A DNA stretch of 61,548 nucleotides, the filler included, from Sluysia triapertura (taxonomy: Eukaryota): assembly GCA_046118255.1 (NCBI GenBank). It is 5 parts of 5 records of this genome, joined end to end, with 100 filler letters (N's around TTAATTAATTAA, not from the genome) between each part and the next. Parts side by side here need not be neighbours in the genome. Positions count along the whole stretch, not along the records: positions 15,109 to 26,716 come from JBJNIA010182846.1; positions 26,817 to 37,883 come from JBJNIA010189386.1; positions 37,984 to 50,668 come from JBJNIA010090346.1; 2 more parts are not named here. One strand, given 5' to 3'. The position numbers and the translations under genes are program-made. The notes under the pieces are model-generated. The model ran no database searches, had not been told where the DNA came from, and saw only the letters and a list, made by a program, of their open reading frames with translations. Shown piece by piece: positions 25,900 to 38,517 of the stretch; positions within the stretch are counted from its first letter, which is position 1, and each line of letters starts with the position of its first letter.

Positions 25900-26715
25900 T
25901 TAAGCCTGTAATGGCCGGCGTATATGTGCGTAGTATATAAAATTACAAATTTTGAATTTAATATCAAGGATTAAATTATTAATATTACTCAATTTAGACT
26001 TAAGGTCTTGATTAAATTTAATACATTTCAAATTAATTCTATTAACTAAAGATGTGAAGTATAAATAACAAGAAACAAGGAATTTATTTTGGACTAAACA
26101 ATAAAAATTTCTAAAGTTAATTTCAAATTTTAGTACACTGTAAGGCATCAACGTTACAATAAGTTCATGATTGATACAGAAATAGAAAACAATTAAACTG
26201 TTAAAATTTACACATGAATGATCAAAACTAATAGTATGAATAAGCTTCATTTCTTTATCAAGATCGTTTCTAAATTCTCTATAACTTAGCAATCTATTAT
26301 CGTTAAGATAATTACAGTAGACATAAAACGTGAGTAAATTGTCGCAATTTACACTCGAATGATGAAACTTAATAGTATAAACATACTTCATCTCTTTATA
26401 AACATCATTTACAAATTCTCTATGCCTTTGTGACCTTTTACAGTTAAGATAATTACAATAAAAATAAGACGTAAGTAGGTTGTTACAAATAAAACATAAA
26501 ACATCAAATTTGATTGTACTAATAACCTTTACTTTAGAAGAAAAGGAATCTGTTAAGTGATCAGGTAATTCTCGGGAAAAAGTAGTTCGTGTTGATACAC
26601 TACGCTTCTCCTCAAAATCATCGTCATTCGAATGGTTTTGATCAGAATTATGTATGTGACCATGGATATCAGAATAAAGGATGTCGTCTCGCGTATGGCT
26701 GCTGTGGTTATGTTC
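25900..26715 (-). CDS. 5'-partial ORF (>=271 codons) with a His/Asp-rich segment and ~2.5 copies of a 47-aa repeat
   Basis: Frame is open from the gap edge (EHNHSSHTRDDILYSDIHGHIHNSDQNHSND...) through the listed 163-aa ORF. Repeats KVISTIKF...REFVNDVYKEM / KYVYTIKF...REFRNDLDKEM / KLIHTISF... Confidence 0.6.
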   Translation of the reverse strand, partial: EHNHSSHTRDDILYSDIHGHIHNSDQNHSNDDDFEEKRSVSTRTTFSRELPDHLTDSFSSKVKVISTIKFDVLCFICNNLLTSYFYCNYLNCKRSQRHREFVNDVYKEMKYVYTIKFHHSSVNCDNLLTFYVYCNYLNDNRLLSYREFRNDLDKEMKLIHTISFDHSCVNFNSLIVFYFCINHELIVTLMPYSVLKFEINFRNFYCLVQNKFLVSCYLYFTSLVNRINLKCIKFNQDLKSKLSNINNLILDIKFKICNFIYYAHIRRPLQA

Positions 26716-26716
26716 C

Positions 26717-26816
26717 NNNNNNNNNNNNNNNNNNNNNNNNNNNNNNNNNNNNNNNNNNNNTTAATTAATTAANNNNNNNNNNNNNNNNNNNNNNNNNNNN
26801 NNNNNNNNNNNNNNNN
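26717..26816. other. Assembly gap with TTAATTAATTAA linker
   Basis: 44 N + linker + 44 N. Confidence 0.97.
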
Positions 26817-28253
26817 CAATTTATTAATTCCTCAAATTTACTTGATCAGTCTTTACTCAGTATTTTTATACGAAACACAAATTTTAAAAGTAAATAAATA
26901 ATGATTAGATGTCTAATACTTCATTTACTTTTATGTTAGTGTAAACCTAACTTATGAACAGAACTGTGAACAAAATCTAACTTGTAAACAATAAAAATTT
27001 AATTAAATTTAATGTAGAATTTAATTTGATTGCAAAAATTTAATCGCTAATTTGTAAATAAGATTTCTAGATCTGATTATAATTGATATAATTAATTAAC
27101 TTAATTTAATTAAACAATTAATAATACATAATTTAATTATAAATATTGCAAAAAGTCTAATTTAATGTAAATGCAAATATTATAGGGTAAACTAATTTAA
27201 TTATTAATTATAAACTTAATGTCAATTACATAAACGTATTTATTAACTAATTTTCAATTAAATTCCAATGTTTTATTCTAAGTAAATATTATTGAAACAA
27301 ATAAATTGTACAACTATATAAGAACCGCTAAAATTAATTGAAGATAATTCATTTGATAACAGAATAGCCGACAGAATAAGACAGTAATAAGTCCACAGAT
27401 AATATTCGAATATTAACATATTATCTCCAGTTTTATAAAAAATTATATTCAAATAATAATTAAAACTACTTAACTAATTAGAGACGAATTAAAAAACTAA
27501 ATTACGTATGTTATTTTATTCTAATATCTATAGCATTTTAGTAAATAAACATCTGTCTTATTTGGTTTCCTTTTATCGAAAAAGAAATTTTGAGTTTTAA
27601 ATTCATTAAATTAATTGCACTTCTACTTCTTACAGCAGAGACGGTTAAAAAGTGTGACCTTCAAAATAAGGTTAGTGTAAATTAAGGATTAATATAAATA
27701 GGAACAAAACTACTATCAATGTATTTCTACATTTTTAGCTTTAAATTTTATGCAGTACATTAAATTGAATATATTTAGTAATTCGACAATGTTTCTACTT
27801 GCATTGCAATTATTTATTTTTACAATTTCTTCCTATAAAAACTTTTTTGGATTTTTCCAAAATAATATTCAAATAATCGAAAAGACATCTAAAATTATTT
27901 AAATGAATGACAAGATATTTATAACGACTATAAGTCACCATTTATTTTAAGTAAATAAAAAATCAATCCCTTTGACACATTAAAAATTACCTGTTAAGAG
28001 GTTAAGAGTACTTTTATATAATATGTATAACAGATCAAATAAAACAATTTTATAAAAACTAAAAATTGATAGTTCATATTATTGCTTAGGTGCTTCAAAA
28101 GTATTGATAACCTTATCAAAGACGTATGTTAATATAGGTCTTAATTCTTAATATACCATAAATTAAACTTGATTTACCTAAGATTTAGTTTATATTAAAT
28201 AATCACTATGTATTACTAAAATAATACATAAATTAAAATAAAATTAAGCCTAC

Positions 28254-28856
28254 ATTTAATATGATCACAAGTTTTGTATCTAAAGATATTTCTGAATCCT
28301 TTGTAATAACACGAACATCTGCTGAATTTGGGAAACTAATCCAAGAAATAATAGGAATTTGTCTACTAGTATTCAGTTTACAAAACTTTGAATTTGAAGA
28401 TGCAAAAATACCTTTACAAGATATTATTCTACATACAATTTTCGTATTTGAACCAAGCTGACGTTTAAAACTTTCGTGAAATTTTATTTTTGAAATATGA
28501 TTTTCAAATATCAAGACTATGTTTGGTTTATAAAATATCATGTTTTCCTGAATACCTTAAAATATAAAATCAGTTTACATACCAAAATAAGTTCATTAAT
28601 AATTTTATCATGATCCAATTTAATCAGTTTTGATTTTTTGCTGTTAGGATACTCTTTTTGATATTCTATGAATCCGCAAATGCACATGTTAGATCTCCTT
28701 TGTATTTCTAAGATAGATATATCGTAGCACAATTTATTTACACTAAATTAAAATATAAAATTTAAAAATGTATTACTATCGAAAAGAAAATAAATCATTC
28801 CATTTCACATGCTTTACAATTTTGTTTACAACTGAATACTGGTTAAAAACATCCAT
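28254..28856 (-). CDS. F-box protein, FBXO22/FIST-like (exons 28856-28777, 28742-28583, 28547-28254; 3' end unresolved)
   Basis: Spliced N-terminus MDVFNQYSVVNKIVKHVKWNDLFSFRYVNKLCYDISILEIQRR has an F-box pattern. Introns of 34 and 35 nt keep frame. Later KPNIVLIF / RQLGSNTKIVCRIISCKGIF / ISFPNSADVRV resemble FBXO22 FIST-N segments. F-box call is firmer than the FBXO22 call. Confidence 0.6.
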
Positions 28857-29519
28857 AAAAAATAATTAAATGCAATATGAGAATTAATAAAAATAATAAA
28901 GAGTAAACATTTCTGTTTGCATTAACATAGTGTTATTTTAATATATTTTACATATTTATAGTTACAATTTATAGTACACATATTTATAGTTATAACTTAT
29001 TGAATAGTATATGTATTATTTAAACTATCATAACAAAAATATAAGTTACTACTATTTCAAAGTGAAAAAATTAAATAATATAAATTATGCGTTGCACTAT
29101 ATGTGATTTGAACTTTTATAAAATTAGATAGATTTAATACAATTTAAAAAATATTGCTTAGATTCAATGAAAAATTGAAACTAATAAAAGCAGCAGTTAA
29201 AATTAATCATTAATAATAAACTTTAGAAATTTAAAATGAAATCATGAGTTGTTTTAGAAACGTCTAACAGCAAAATAAAAGTCAGGAGAGTCCTGCTTAC
29301 AATATACGACTTATAATTGGCGTACTTGTAAGTAATGTGAATATCATAACTACACGATTGCAATTGTTCGCTTTCTTAGCTTAACAATTATGAAGATTCA
29401 AGAAATAATGGGTTCGCGTACGCAGAGCGATTTATCTTAAGAAGGGACACATACGTAGGATTTTTTAAGAGAAAATTTGATGCGGAGGGTCACTGTGTCA
29501 ACTGCTATTGAATTTTATT

Positions 29520-30712
29520 TGTAAATATTTGTATTTAGAAAATGTATTTAGAAAAATATGTAAATTTAAATTCATTTTAATACTTGTAATTTTAATAATT
29601 AGATATGTAAATTTAATTAATTCAAAATATTTTAATTAATATTTAATTATAATTGCACTTTGATTTTAATAATTCAACGGAAACATAAATATAAATTTGA
29701 ATTTTAAAAACACCGGAAATTTTCTATAATATTTACATTTGGATTATAAATATTTATTATTTACGTTTGAAATTAAATGTTTAAAAATTTTACTTTAATT
29801 TGTGTAGAATTAAATATTTACATTTAAATATTTGAATATTTATTTTAACGGAAATACTTCAGTCCAAATAAATAGCATATAAATACAGCTGCATTATCGA
29901 GAAAGACACACGCTCAACTACAACGATTAAAAGTTTTTGAAGAGTAAAGGATCTATTGAAAAATTTAAATTTTTGGTCGATACGTACTGGACAATTAATA
30001 ATTTAAAGAAAACTTTCTACTATTGAGGACTCTTCCAATAAAGGATTTACACTTTCGAGAATTGGTTACAATTTAATAAAACAAGTTAACTCGTGGTTCT
30101 TAATCATTTATACGATTCCTGCTCAATTCCGGATTACAACAACAAATTTTTATGATGAGTATTAAGTATGCTATTTATTTTTAAGTTCTTGCGATAATAT
30201 TCGCATTAAATTCCACTTAAATTATTTCACATCATTAGAAAACACCCAAAGATAACCTCTGGGTTAAACTCGACTCAAATTGATAATTTATTCATTAAAT
30301 TTTATATTATATATATTATTTGAAACCGTTGTATATTATTTAAACCATATTATTTAATTTTGTGTTACCTAGTTTGTTATTAAATAAAATTTCCAGAACT
30401 GTATAAAGTTTCTTTCTTCTTGATTTAGAATAGAGTGATAGTAAAGTTAAACAAATTAACTAAAGATAAATTGATAAACAAGTAATAGTAAAATTAAAGA
30501 TAAATTGATAAACAAGTAATAGTAAAGTTAATAAAGTTAACCTAAGATAAATTGATTTAAAGACAAGCAAGTGCGTTACAAAAAGACTCAGAAAATCTTA
30601 TTTCGACTTTTGTTTTCCTACGCAGACGTCCTATTGACATAGATAAACCGTTTAGCGTAGGCGGACCCAGCATTCTTGATATTGACATAATTGTTTAGGA
30701 AAAAACCGAACA
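29520..30712 (+). mobile_element. Solo-LTR-like element (TGTAAATA family, diverged)
   Basis: Starts TGTAAATA and ends gcggaccc...ataattgttt.aggaaaa..gaACA like 32265-33562. Internal 34-bp tandem repeat at 30461/30495. No clean TSD. Confidence 0.5.
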
Positions 30713-31899
30713 CGTATTACTTTAAATCATAAGACAAATTTTACTTAATTCATTACAAAGTCATTTATTTTATTTTGATAAATATTCCTTTCTTATTAAA
30801 AAATCTATACGTACTTTTATTTCAACGAATATTCACCATTATAAATGAAACTGTTTAATAATTAATCTTATCTATGGTGGAAGTGACAAAAGTTCTAACT
30901 TTGATTAAAATCTTAGATCCCTAGCTCAAAAAATACGAATGTTTATCATAAAATTATTTAATTATCATAAAATAATAATACATCAAGAAACGTCATGTAA
31001 ATAAATTTTATTTGATATGCTAATTAAGTGTGGCAAGTTCACATCTATGACTTGTACATCCTATTTCTTTTTTTGATTTTAGTATACTTTAAGATTAATA
31101 CGAGTTTGAAATTTTATTTTTAATTATACATTCAATTTATAATAATCATAATATCAAAAAATAATATAGTAAATATAGCCGGTAACATTTTTAATAACAG
31201 CAGTCTCATAAATTACCTAAATTATAACACACGATTTCTACTATTTAGAATGTAAAGCTTTTATATTCTTTTTGAAAATATTGAAAATATCAAATATGCT
31301 TTTCAAAAAACAATGTATATTATAAATAAAAACATATTTATTACCCAAAGATAATATATTAAAATGTATTCAAATTTTAAAATTTACCGTCATCCACATT
31401 TTTTCTACAATGGTTTGTTTTCTGTATTTTCACGCCTTTTTTCAAGTTGTTCAATATTTTGAGTACATGCTCTTCTTTCGGGTTCGATAAAATTAAACAT
31501 TGAAACTCTAATGAATACAAAATTTCTTCGCAGTCTGTGAACAGCGAATAGTAAACATGCAAATGATGAGTCGTTATTTATGCTTGTGAACACTGTATAA
31601 AATCATAATTTAATTTGGGAACGAAAAACACAAAAAGCCCTCATAGTTTTAGGGTCATAAAATTAAAAAATTCAAAGTACTATATAACTCATGTAAATAA
31701 ACTTTCTGCGTGGCACTATTAAAAATAAAACCATTTAACAAACTAAATCACCACACAAAAAATGACGAATACTTACTTCATTATTTGTAACTATTATAAT
31801 TATACGAAATACAATTTATAATCTTAAATTCTACTTTAAAAGTAAATAATTAATGATTAAATATATCTAATAGGCATTCACTTTTATATGAGTAATAAT

Positions 31900-33970
31900 A
31901 TTACTATCAATATAGGTTATTAATAAATCTAATATATTTCCACATTTACGAGTTTTAAATTTCACGCAGTTCGTTAAATTGAATATATTTATTAATTGGA
32001 TGAATGTTTTACATTCTTCATTCATTTTTATATTAAAATCTCCTGTGATTAAAACTTATCTGGCTTTTTCCAAAGTAATATCCAAATAATCATGAAATCA
32101 TTTAAAAATTCTTTAATTGAATTACTTGGTGGTCTATATATAACAATCAATAATATTGTTTTATTTGTCTCAGTAATATTTAATTCTTTATGTTCAAATG
32201 GTTTATATTTAACTGGAACAATGTCAATTAATTTGGCTTTTATTCGATTATTTATTATAACACTTGTAAATAATATCATTTCGTATATTGTGTAAATGTT
32301 GTAAAATAAATTTTTCGTATATTTTAAATAATATTTAATAAATTAAACGGATTGTAAATATAAAATATCGTAAATTAAAATTTAATTTAAATTAATAAAT
32401 AGAAAATTTGAAATTATTGTAAATATTGTAAATTAAAGTATTTGAAAGTAATAAAACATTCGATTTATTTTTTATTTATTTTATTATTTATTTTATAATA
32501 ATAATAATTAATTAGAACCTTTTATGTAAAACTCTACTATTTATGTAAATTTATCTATTATTTACCTAGTAACTATAAGTCTATTATTTTAATTAATTAA
32601 TTAATAATTCTTAGTAATTAACACGAATTAGTAATACATTCTTAGTATATATAAAAAAAGTGAAGCATAAAACGCATAATCAAAAATTTCATAAAAGGAG
32701 CTCTTATATAAACCGAAACGTGGTAACAAAATTGCTGAACAAAAAAACTTCTTTGAAATTTATCGCAGAATTGGATTTAAGATTTGACCATTACACCAAG
32801 TTTTCTCCGAAGCAAGATCAAAGCAATAATTTTTAATTACAACGAGCTATCGGATTACTTATTCACTGGAACTTTACTATAATGATCAACAATAAGCAAG
32901 CTTATTACTGTTAAGATTTACATAAATAACTTGCATCAAAATCCTTATTAAATTTATATTCATTAATAAATATTTGAAAGAATAAATTGTAATATTGTTG
33001 ATACTTTTATTTCTAATATTTTTGTATAGCGTTATATTTTACTGTTATTTTAAATTGGTTTTTTGTATAGAAAGAACAAAAGAATAATTTGTAAAATAAA
33101 TTGAATAAATAAAAGAAACAATCAGTCTACAAGAAAAATAAAAGAGAATTTCATATTCATTAACCATTCGCTTAAGATAATAAATACCGACCTTCATTAG
33201 TTTATAGTTATATTAGAAAGAATAAGTTTAATATTGGTACGCTTTTGTATTGCATAGACTATTGTTATACAGTTGGTTTTGAATAAAATAAGAGCTTAAT
33301 TTATTTTTAAAATCAAAATATATTGAACTTAGTTACAAGAACAAGAAGGTAAAGTGAAATAAATTGATAAAAAATTAACTGTTAAGTGCATAAAATTATA
33401 CTGACTCTCGTTTGTTATATCATTCCAGGAATTAAGTTACTCTTTCGTAGATGTGACTTTGCTTGTGGATACGTCTTTTTCGTAATATAAATTGTATTAC
33501 ACAGGCGGACCCGCGTTATTTGATAGTATTATAATTGTTTTCAAACTTAGGAAAAGTTGACACACCTATACCACCACCATTTGATCCTACTTTGCATTTA
33601 TGAAAAAATAGATATCCACTTAGAGGAAATATTGAATTAAATATTTTATCATCATTATTCCAAGTTTCTATTAAACAAAGTATGTCAATGTTATTTTCAT
33701 ACATGACGTCAATAATTTCCATAGTTTTATTTCGAACAGACCTAAAATTTTAAATATCAAATTTAATAATATAATCCTTTTTGTACTTTTTTCAGACTTT
33801 TTATACAATTTTAGTTTTTTGATTTAGATTCATAATTTTTCTTATCTTTAAAATTTCCATATATTTTGGAAGTAGCTGCATGATTAAAGACATGACTTTT
33901 TACACAATTTATGCACTTATGGAACTGTTCGTTTTCTTTAATCGGACGAGTTTTTCTTCTATGGTTGCTT
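31900..33970 (-). mobile_element. Truncated non-LTR retrotransposon (CR1/L2-type APE endonuclease plus end of ORF1), split by a solo LTR
   Basis: KCINCVKSHVFNHAATSK (ORF1 knuckle-like), RSVRNK...IDILCLIETW, GGGIGV|IINNRIK, IVIYRPP, ITGDFNI, TRKCGNILDLLIT. No RT domain seen. Confidence 0.88.
32265..33562 (+). mobile_element. Solo LTR, 1298 bp, TG...CA with a 4-bp TSD (CACT/CACC, one mismatch)
   Basis: Removing it plus one TSD copy restores the endonuclease frame GGT GGT GGT ATA GGT GTT ATA ATA AAT. The 3' part is homologous to 46450-46601. Strand assignment is inferred. Confidence 0.85.
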
Positions 33971-34352
33971 CTGAAAATTAAATTCCTTAAAATTAATTAA
34001 TACAATTCAGCTGTTAATTTAAAAATTTTATTCATTATAATTTCTGCGCAACATCATAAAAAAATTAAATATAGAATCTTAACACTTTCCAATGAAATGG
34101 TGGATCATGGGAACATAGTAATGTTCATGAAAATACTTTGACATGTTTATAACAGAGGTTTTATATTTTTTTAACATCCCTAAGTATGCCATTTAAAATG
34201 CATTTTACATCACATTAGTGTTAAATAAATATTCTATAATATTAGTCGGTATTTGTTATCATATAGCACTAGTTCCAAAATGAATTAAAATATTCTTAAA
34301 TATATAATATAATATAAAGTAAAATATGTATAATAATGTATAATGTAATAAC

Positions 34353-36577
34353 CTGACATATTATAATCTAAAGTTAGTTCAGTTCCCTTACTAATATCTT
34401 CTTTGCTGAAAATTGATATATATGGAAGTTTTACATTTCTTTTGTTTGTATAAACGTAAGTAACCATTAAATTTGGTTTACACTAAAAAATAATTTATGA
34501 ATTCAAAATCTTCTAAAATCTAATTCATTAAAAGTAAAACTATTTTATTTAGACAATTTTATCTATAAATCATCCATTAATAGTACATTACTCAATATTG
34601 CTTTTTTTTAATTTTTAAACTCCTAGTATTTAAGTTTTCAAACTTCAAATTTTTTCATTAAAATAATTACTAATACAAAAAACAAATGGCAATGTGTATT
34701 TTGTTATCTTAATTCAATTTAATCCAAATTTTTCAAAGGTTTTACTTCTACAAAATATTTATATTGTTCTGTATTATGTCGTTCACTTTATAGTGCTTTT
34801 ACGTAAGTTTTATTAAAGCCAATAATAATCCGTTTTATATATTTAATTTATTTACATGGCCAATTTCATTTCATAGTAATTGTATAAATGTTTTTGTGAT
34901 TTTATGGCCAATTCTTATTCTATAATAACTTTGGCTATATAGCCAAAGATATTTATTTACCTCCACCTTATGTTAGCTTATGTTGTAATTGAGTAATATT
35001 CATTTTTTGTTTTTTGGTCGTTCTTTCGATGTTTCTGTGATCGCTTTTGCTTGAATGACAAGTTCGAATTTCTATTCGTTAAGTCCTATCCTACATTTTA
35101 TTTCTTAAATTAACTTATTTTTTTCAAGATGTTTTTGCTGTTTATTAAGATTCCAAGAAAATTTTAATTTAATTTTTGTGGTGATGTTTGACAATTTTCT
35201 TATAATTTAATTTATTTTCTTGATACAATTTAAATAGTATTTAAATAGCTAAGCATTGTTTGATCGAGTGTACAAATATTATGAATAGTTTTGTTTAATT
35301 ACTCAAATTTAATTTTAAATTTTAATTGTTCCAACACACAATTATAGCAAATTCAAAACTTTATAAATTCAAAAAATCAAAAATTTATAAATATACAAAT
35401 TCACTGCAATAACCAAAATTTTCAATACTTTCAAGAACACGTTTAAATAACGAAAAACAATTTACACAAATATTTTTACTTTTAAAAACATTGAAATTGT
35501 CTGTTAATAATAATTCATATAAGGAAAACGTTCATTTTTATAAATATCTGTTTGGTGCACCACCTAAGAATCTAGCACACATGCAGGTTTTAAGCTTAAG
35601 TTAAATTTTAACTCTGTATCTCACAATTTTACCAGCCAATCATTTTGGTTCTCAATACTTTATTTTCTACTTTTTATACGTAAATTATAAACACACCAAA
35701 AATTAATTTCAAGATTATAACAAAACAAAAATTCAGAAGTGTATTGTTTCAAAATCACTTAAAGTAAGAAATTTATTTAAAATAAAAAATATTAAAAAAG
35801 CAGAAAAAAATAAGATTGTATTTTTATTTAATCGAAAAAAAATAAAATACAGTAAAAAGTGTCACAGATATAGAGTTCATGACGAAAACAAATAACATAC
35901 AATAAGTAAAATACACTATTTCAATAGTAATAAGATTAAATTAATATTATACATGGAAAACAGATACAAGGTTAATATTTCGATCAATTTTTTAATTGTA
36001 GGACAGAATAAGTTTTGTCGACAAAACAGTTTCTAGAGTACGTATTTAAAATAATTTTCGTCATTACGTTTAACTCAAAGTTAAGAATAAGTGCGTTTAT
36101 ATTTGTTTAGGAAGAAAATTAATGATATGTATTTTGTTAAATGTTGAAAACATGTACTTAAGGTTAGTTAATCTTTTGTAAAGTTCATATGAGTGTAAAG
36201 TATAAATGAGTGTATTAAACATCAGTCAAAATTTATGTATTATAAATTATTTATGCATGACTTAAAATACAATTATTCTAACTGAATGATTTATAAATCT
36301 TGCTAAATTTCCATATTTAGAAGCATCGATTGAATATCGTCCTGTCGGTAGATTAAATACGTATACAAAATTTCTAAGCATATCTTCTTTTAATCTGTTG
36401 TCTGCAATCTGACTTTCACATATTTCTCCGAAGTAATTCATAATAAATGTATATTTTTTAATATCTTGGTTTGTTTTGAGACCCCAACCACGATTTATAG
36501 TTTTAAATAAAGTAAAACTATGTTTTACCCCTCTTTGTACAACACGATAAGGACAGTCTGATAAACTACATTTGCAT
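34353..36577 (-). CDS. SUV39/G9a-class histone H3K9 methyltransferase, SET-domain exons (36577-36283, 34482-34353)
   Basis: CKCSLSDCPYRVVQRG, RGWGLKT, MNYFGEI, IDASKYGNLARFINHS/CKPNL, IFSKEDISKGTELTLDY. GT-AG junction in phase 0. Candidate pre-SET exon at 37499-37399 looks disrupted; post-SET not found. Confidence 0.88.
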
Positions 36578-37883
36578 CTAAATGAAATGAAATACGTATT
36601 TATAAATTGAAAAACTTGAACAAAATAGTATTAAAAATGTGGTACGTTCAAAAAATACTCGGACTAAACTAGAAAGAATATTCGAATAACATTTAATGTA
36701 AGACATTGTTTATACTATGTTATAGTTTTAGTGAATCACTTATCGATTATTACTTATTGGTGTTTTTCTCAAATTTAGTTACGTGACGCTGCATCGTGCG
36801 AGTACGAAATCCTGATGTTTTTTCATTTACCCCAAGCTACTATTCTGAAGTTACTAATATAATACTCGTAGAAGATCGGTATCAGCTCTTAAATGAACAG
36901 TCCAAAAATGCATTCTTTGATTTAATTGAACAATGACTCTCATAATGAAAAATAATACTGTCATACTCTATTTGCATTGAAATACATTTTTTGTTTTGCA
37001 CTGCCTTATTGACTGGCTGGATACTATATTATAAAAAAATTGAATAACGGTCAACTTTAATAAGCCTAAAGATATTAACTATGTTAATGAAATTTGATTT
37101 TAAGCTTTATCTTAAAAGCTTTATCGTGATATTTTTTTTTGGTGTTTAAATATTCACATTTTTACAATAGTATTATGCAATAAGTCTTAAGTACATTATC
37201 CTCAACCCTTTAGGATAACACATGAAGTTCCATAACTCTAAATTTCGTGTACTAAATCAGCTGTCACTATCGGGCAATAATATTTCAGGCAATAAACGGA
37301 AAGTGAGTCGCAATCAAGATTCATATAAATAAATTTATATATAATAGTAATAATAATAAACAGAATTCGGGAAATTGTTAAGTTTAACAAAATTTTACCT
37401 GAATTACATTATTTTGATACGTGTGAAGTACATATGCTTATTATACTGATTTGTAAAAATTATCATTACATTCATCCAAGAGCCGCAGAAATCATATGAC
37501 TAAAAGAAAAAGTTTTGGAGCCATTTCAGCTCTTTTACTAAAATTGCTTCTCTTAAAAATTCTAATGGATCTTGAACTTTCCCCGTAATTACTAAAATTG
37601 ATTAAATTATAAACAAAAAAGTTTGTTATGCGAATGTGATACTACGTATGTTTCGGTTAAAATTGCGTATTATTAAGATGTTTGTTCAACCCAGACGTAT
37701 ATAAGTTGGAATTCGATATAATTTTATATTTTATTACGTGAATCATGATGGCATTTAACACTAAACATACCAAGATTTGATAATACTCTCGCATCATCAC
37801 CTAATAAAACCTCAATTTTTGGGTCAATGCAATATAAATTAAACATATTAAACATCAAACATAAATTAGACATATTAAACATA

Positions 37884-37983
37884 NNNNNNNNNNNNNNNNN
37901 NNNNNNNNNNNNNNNNNNNNNNNNNNNTTAATTAATTAANNNNNNNNNNNNNNNNNNNNNNNNNNNNNNNNNNNNNNNNNNNN
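37884..37983. other. Assembly gap with TTAATTAATTAA linker
   Basis: 44 N + linker + 44 N. Confidence 0.97.
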
Positions 37984-38517
37984 AAAATAATTACGTATTA
38001 TTTTTAATGTTAATGTAATTATAATTATAATTTTTTAAATAATAATAATCTTAATGATTTTTTATAGTATTTATAATTTTTAATAAACGTATATAAAATA
38101 AATAATAAAATATAAATAAATATAAACACAAATAGAACATAAAAATGCTAATTTACAACCTTACAATACTTAGAATGATAAAAATATTATGAATTGAATA
38201 TGCGATGGTTGCTATGAAAAAGGTTTCATATATAGGTTGTAGTGTTATAATATTTATTTAAAACGAATTTCTTATAAGGACTAAATTTATTAAAATCATT
38301 ATCAAAACAATTAATTATATCATTTCCCTTTATAAATATTTGAAACTCAAAAGCATTAAAATAAAACATCGAAGCTGATATATTAAGATTATAACACTGG
38401 AAGAGTGAATTAAACACGACACAGAGTTAGATAGAGAAAAGATACTAAATAGATAACAGAGCTTACATCTAAACTTGCAATTTGGTCTTGCATGGAAATG
38501 AGAAGATGATCATCATT

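Noticed and set aside
33910-33972. Genuine post-SET terminal exon
   Set aside because: No CxC-x4-C motif, and the sequence reads better in another frame as LINE ORF1.
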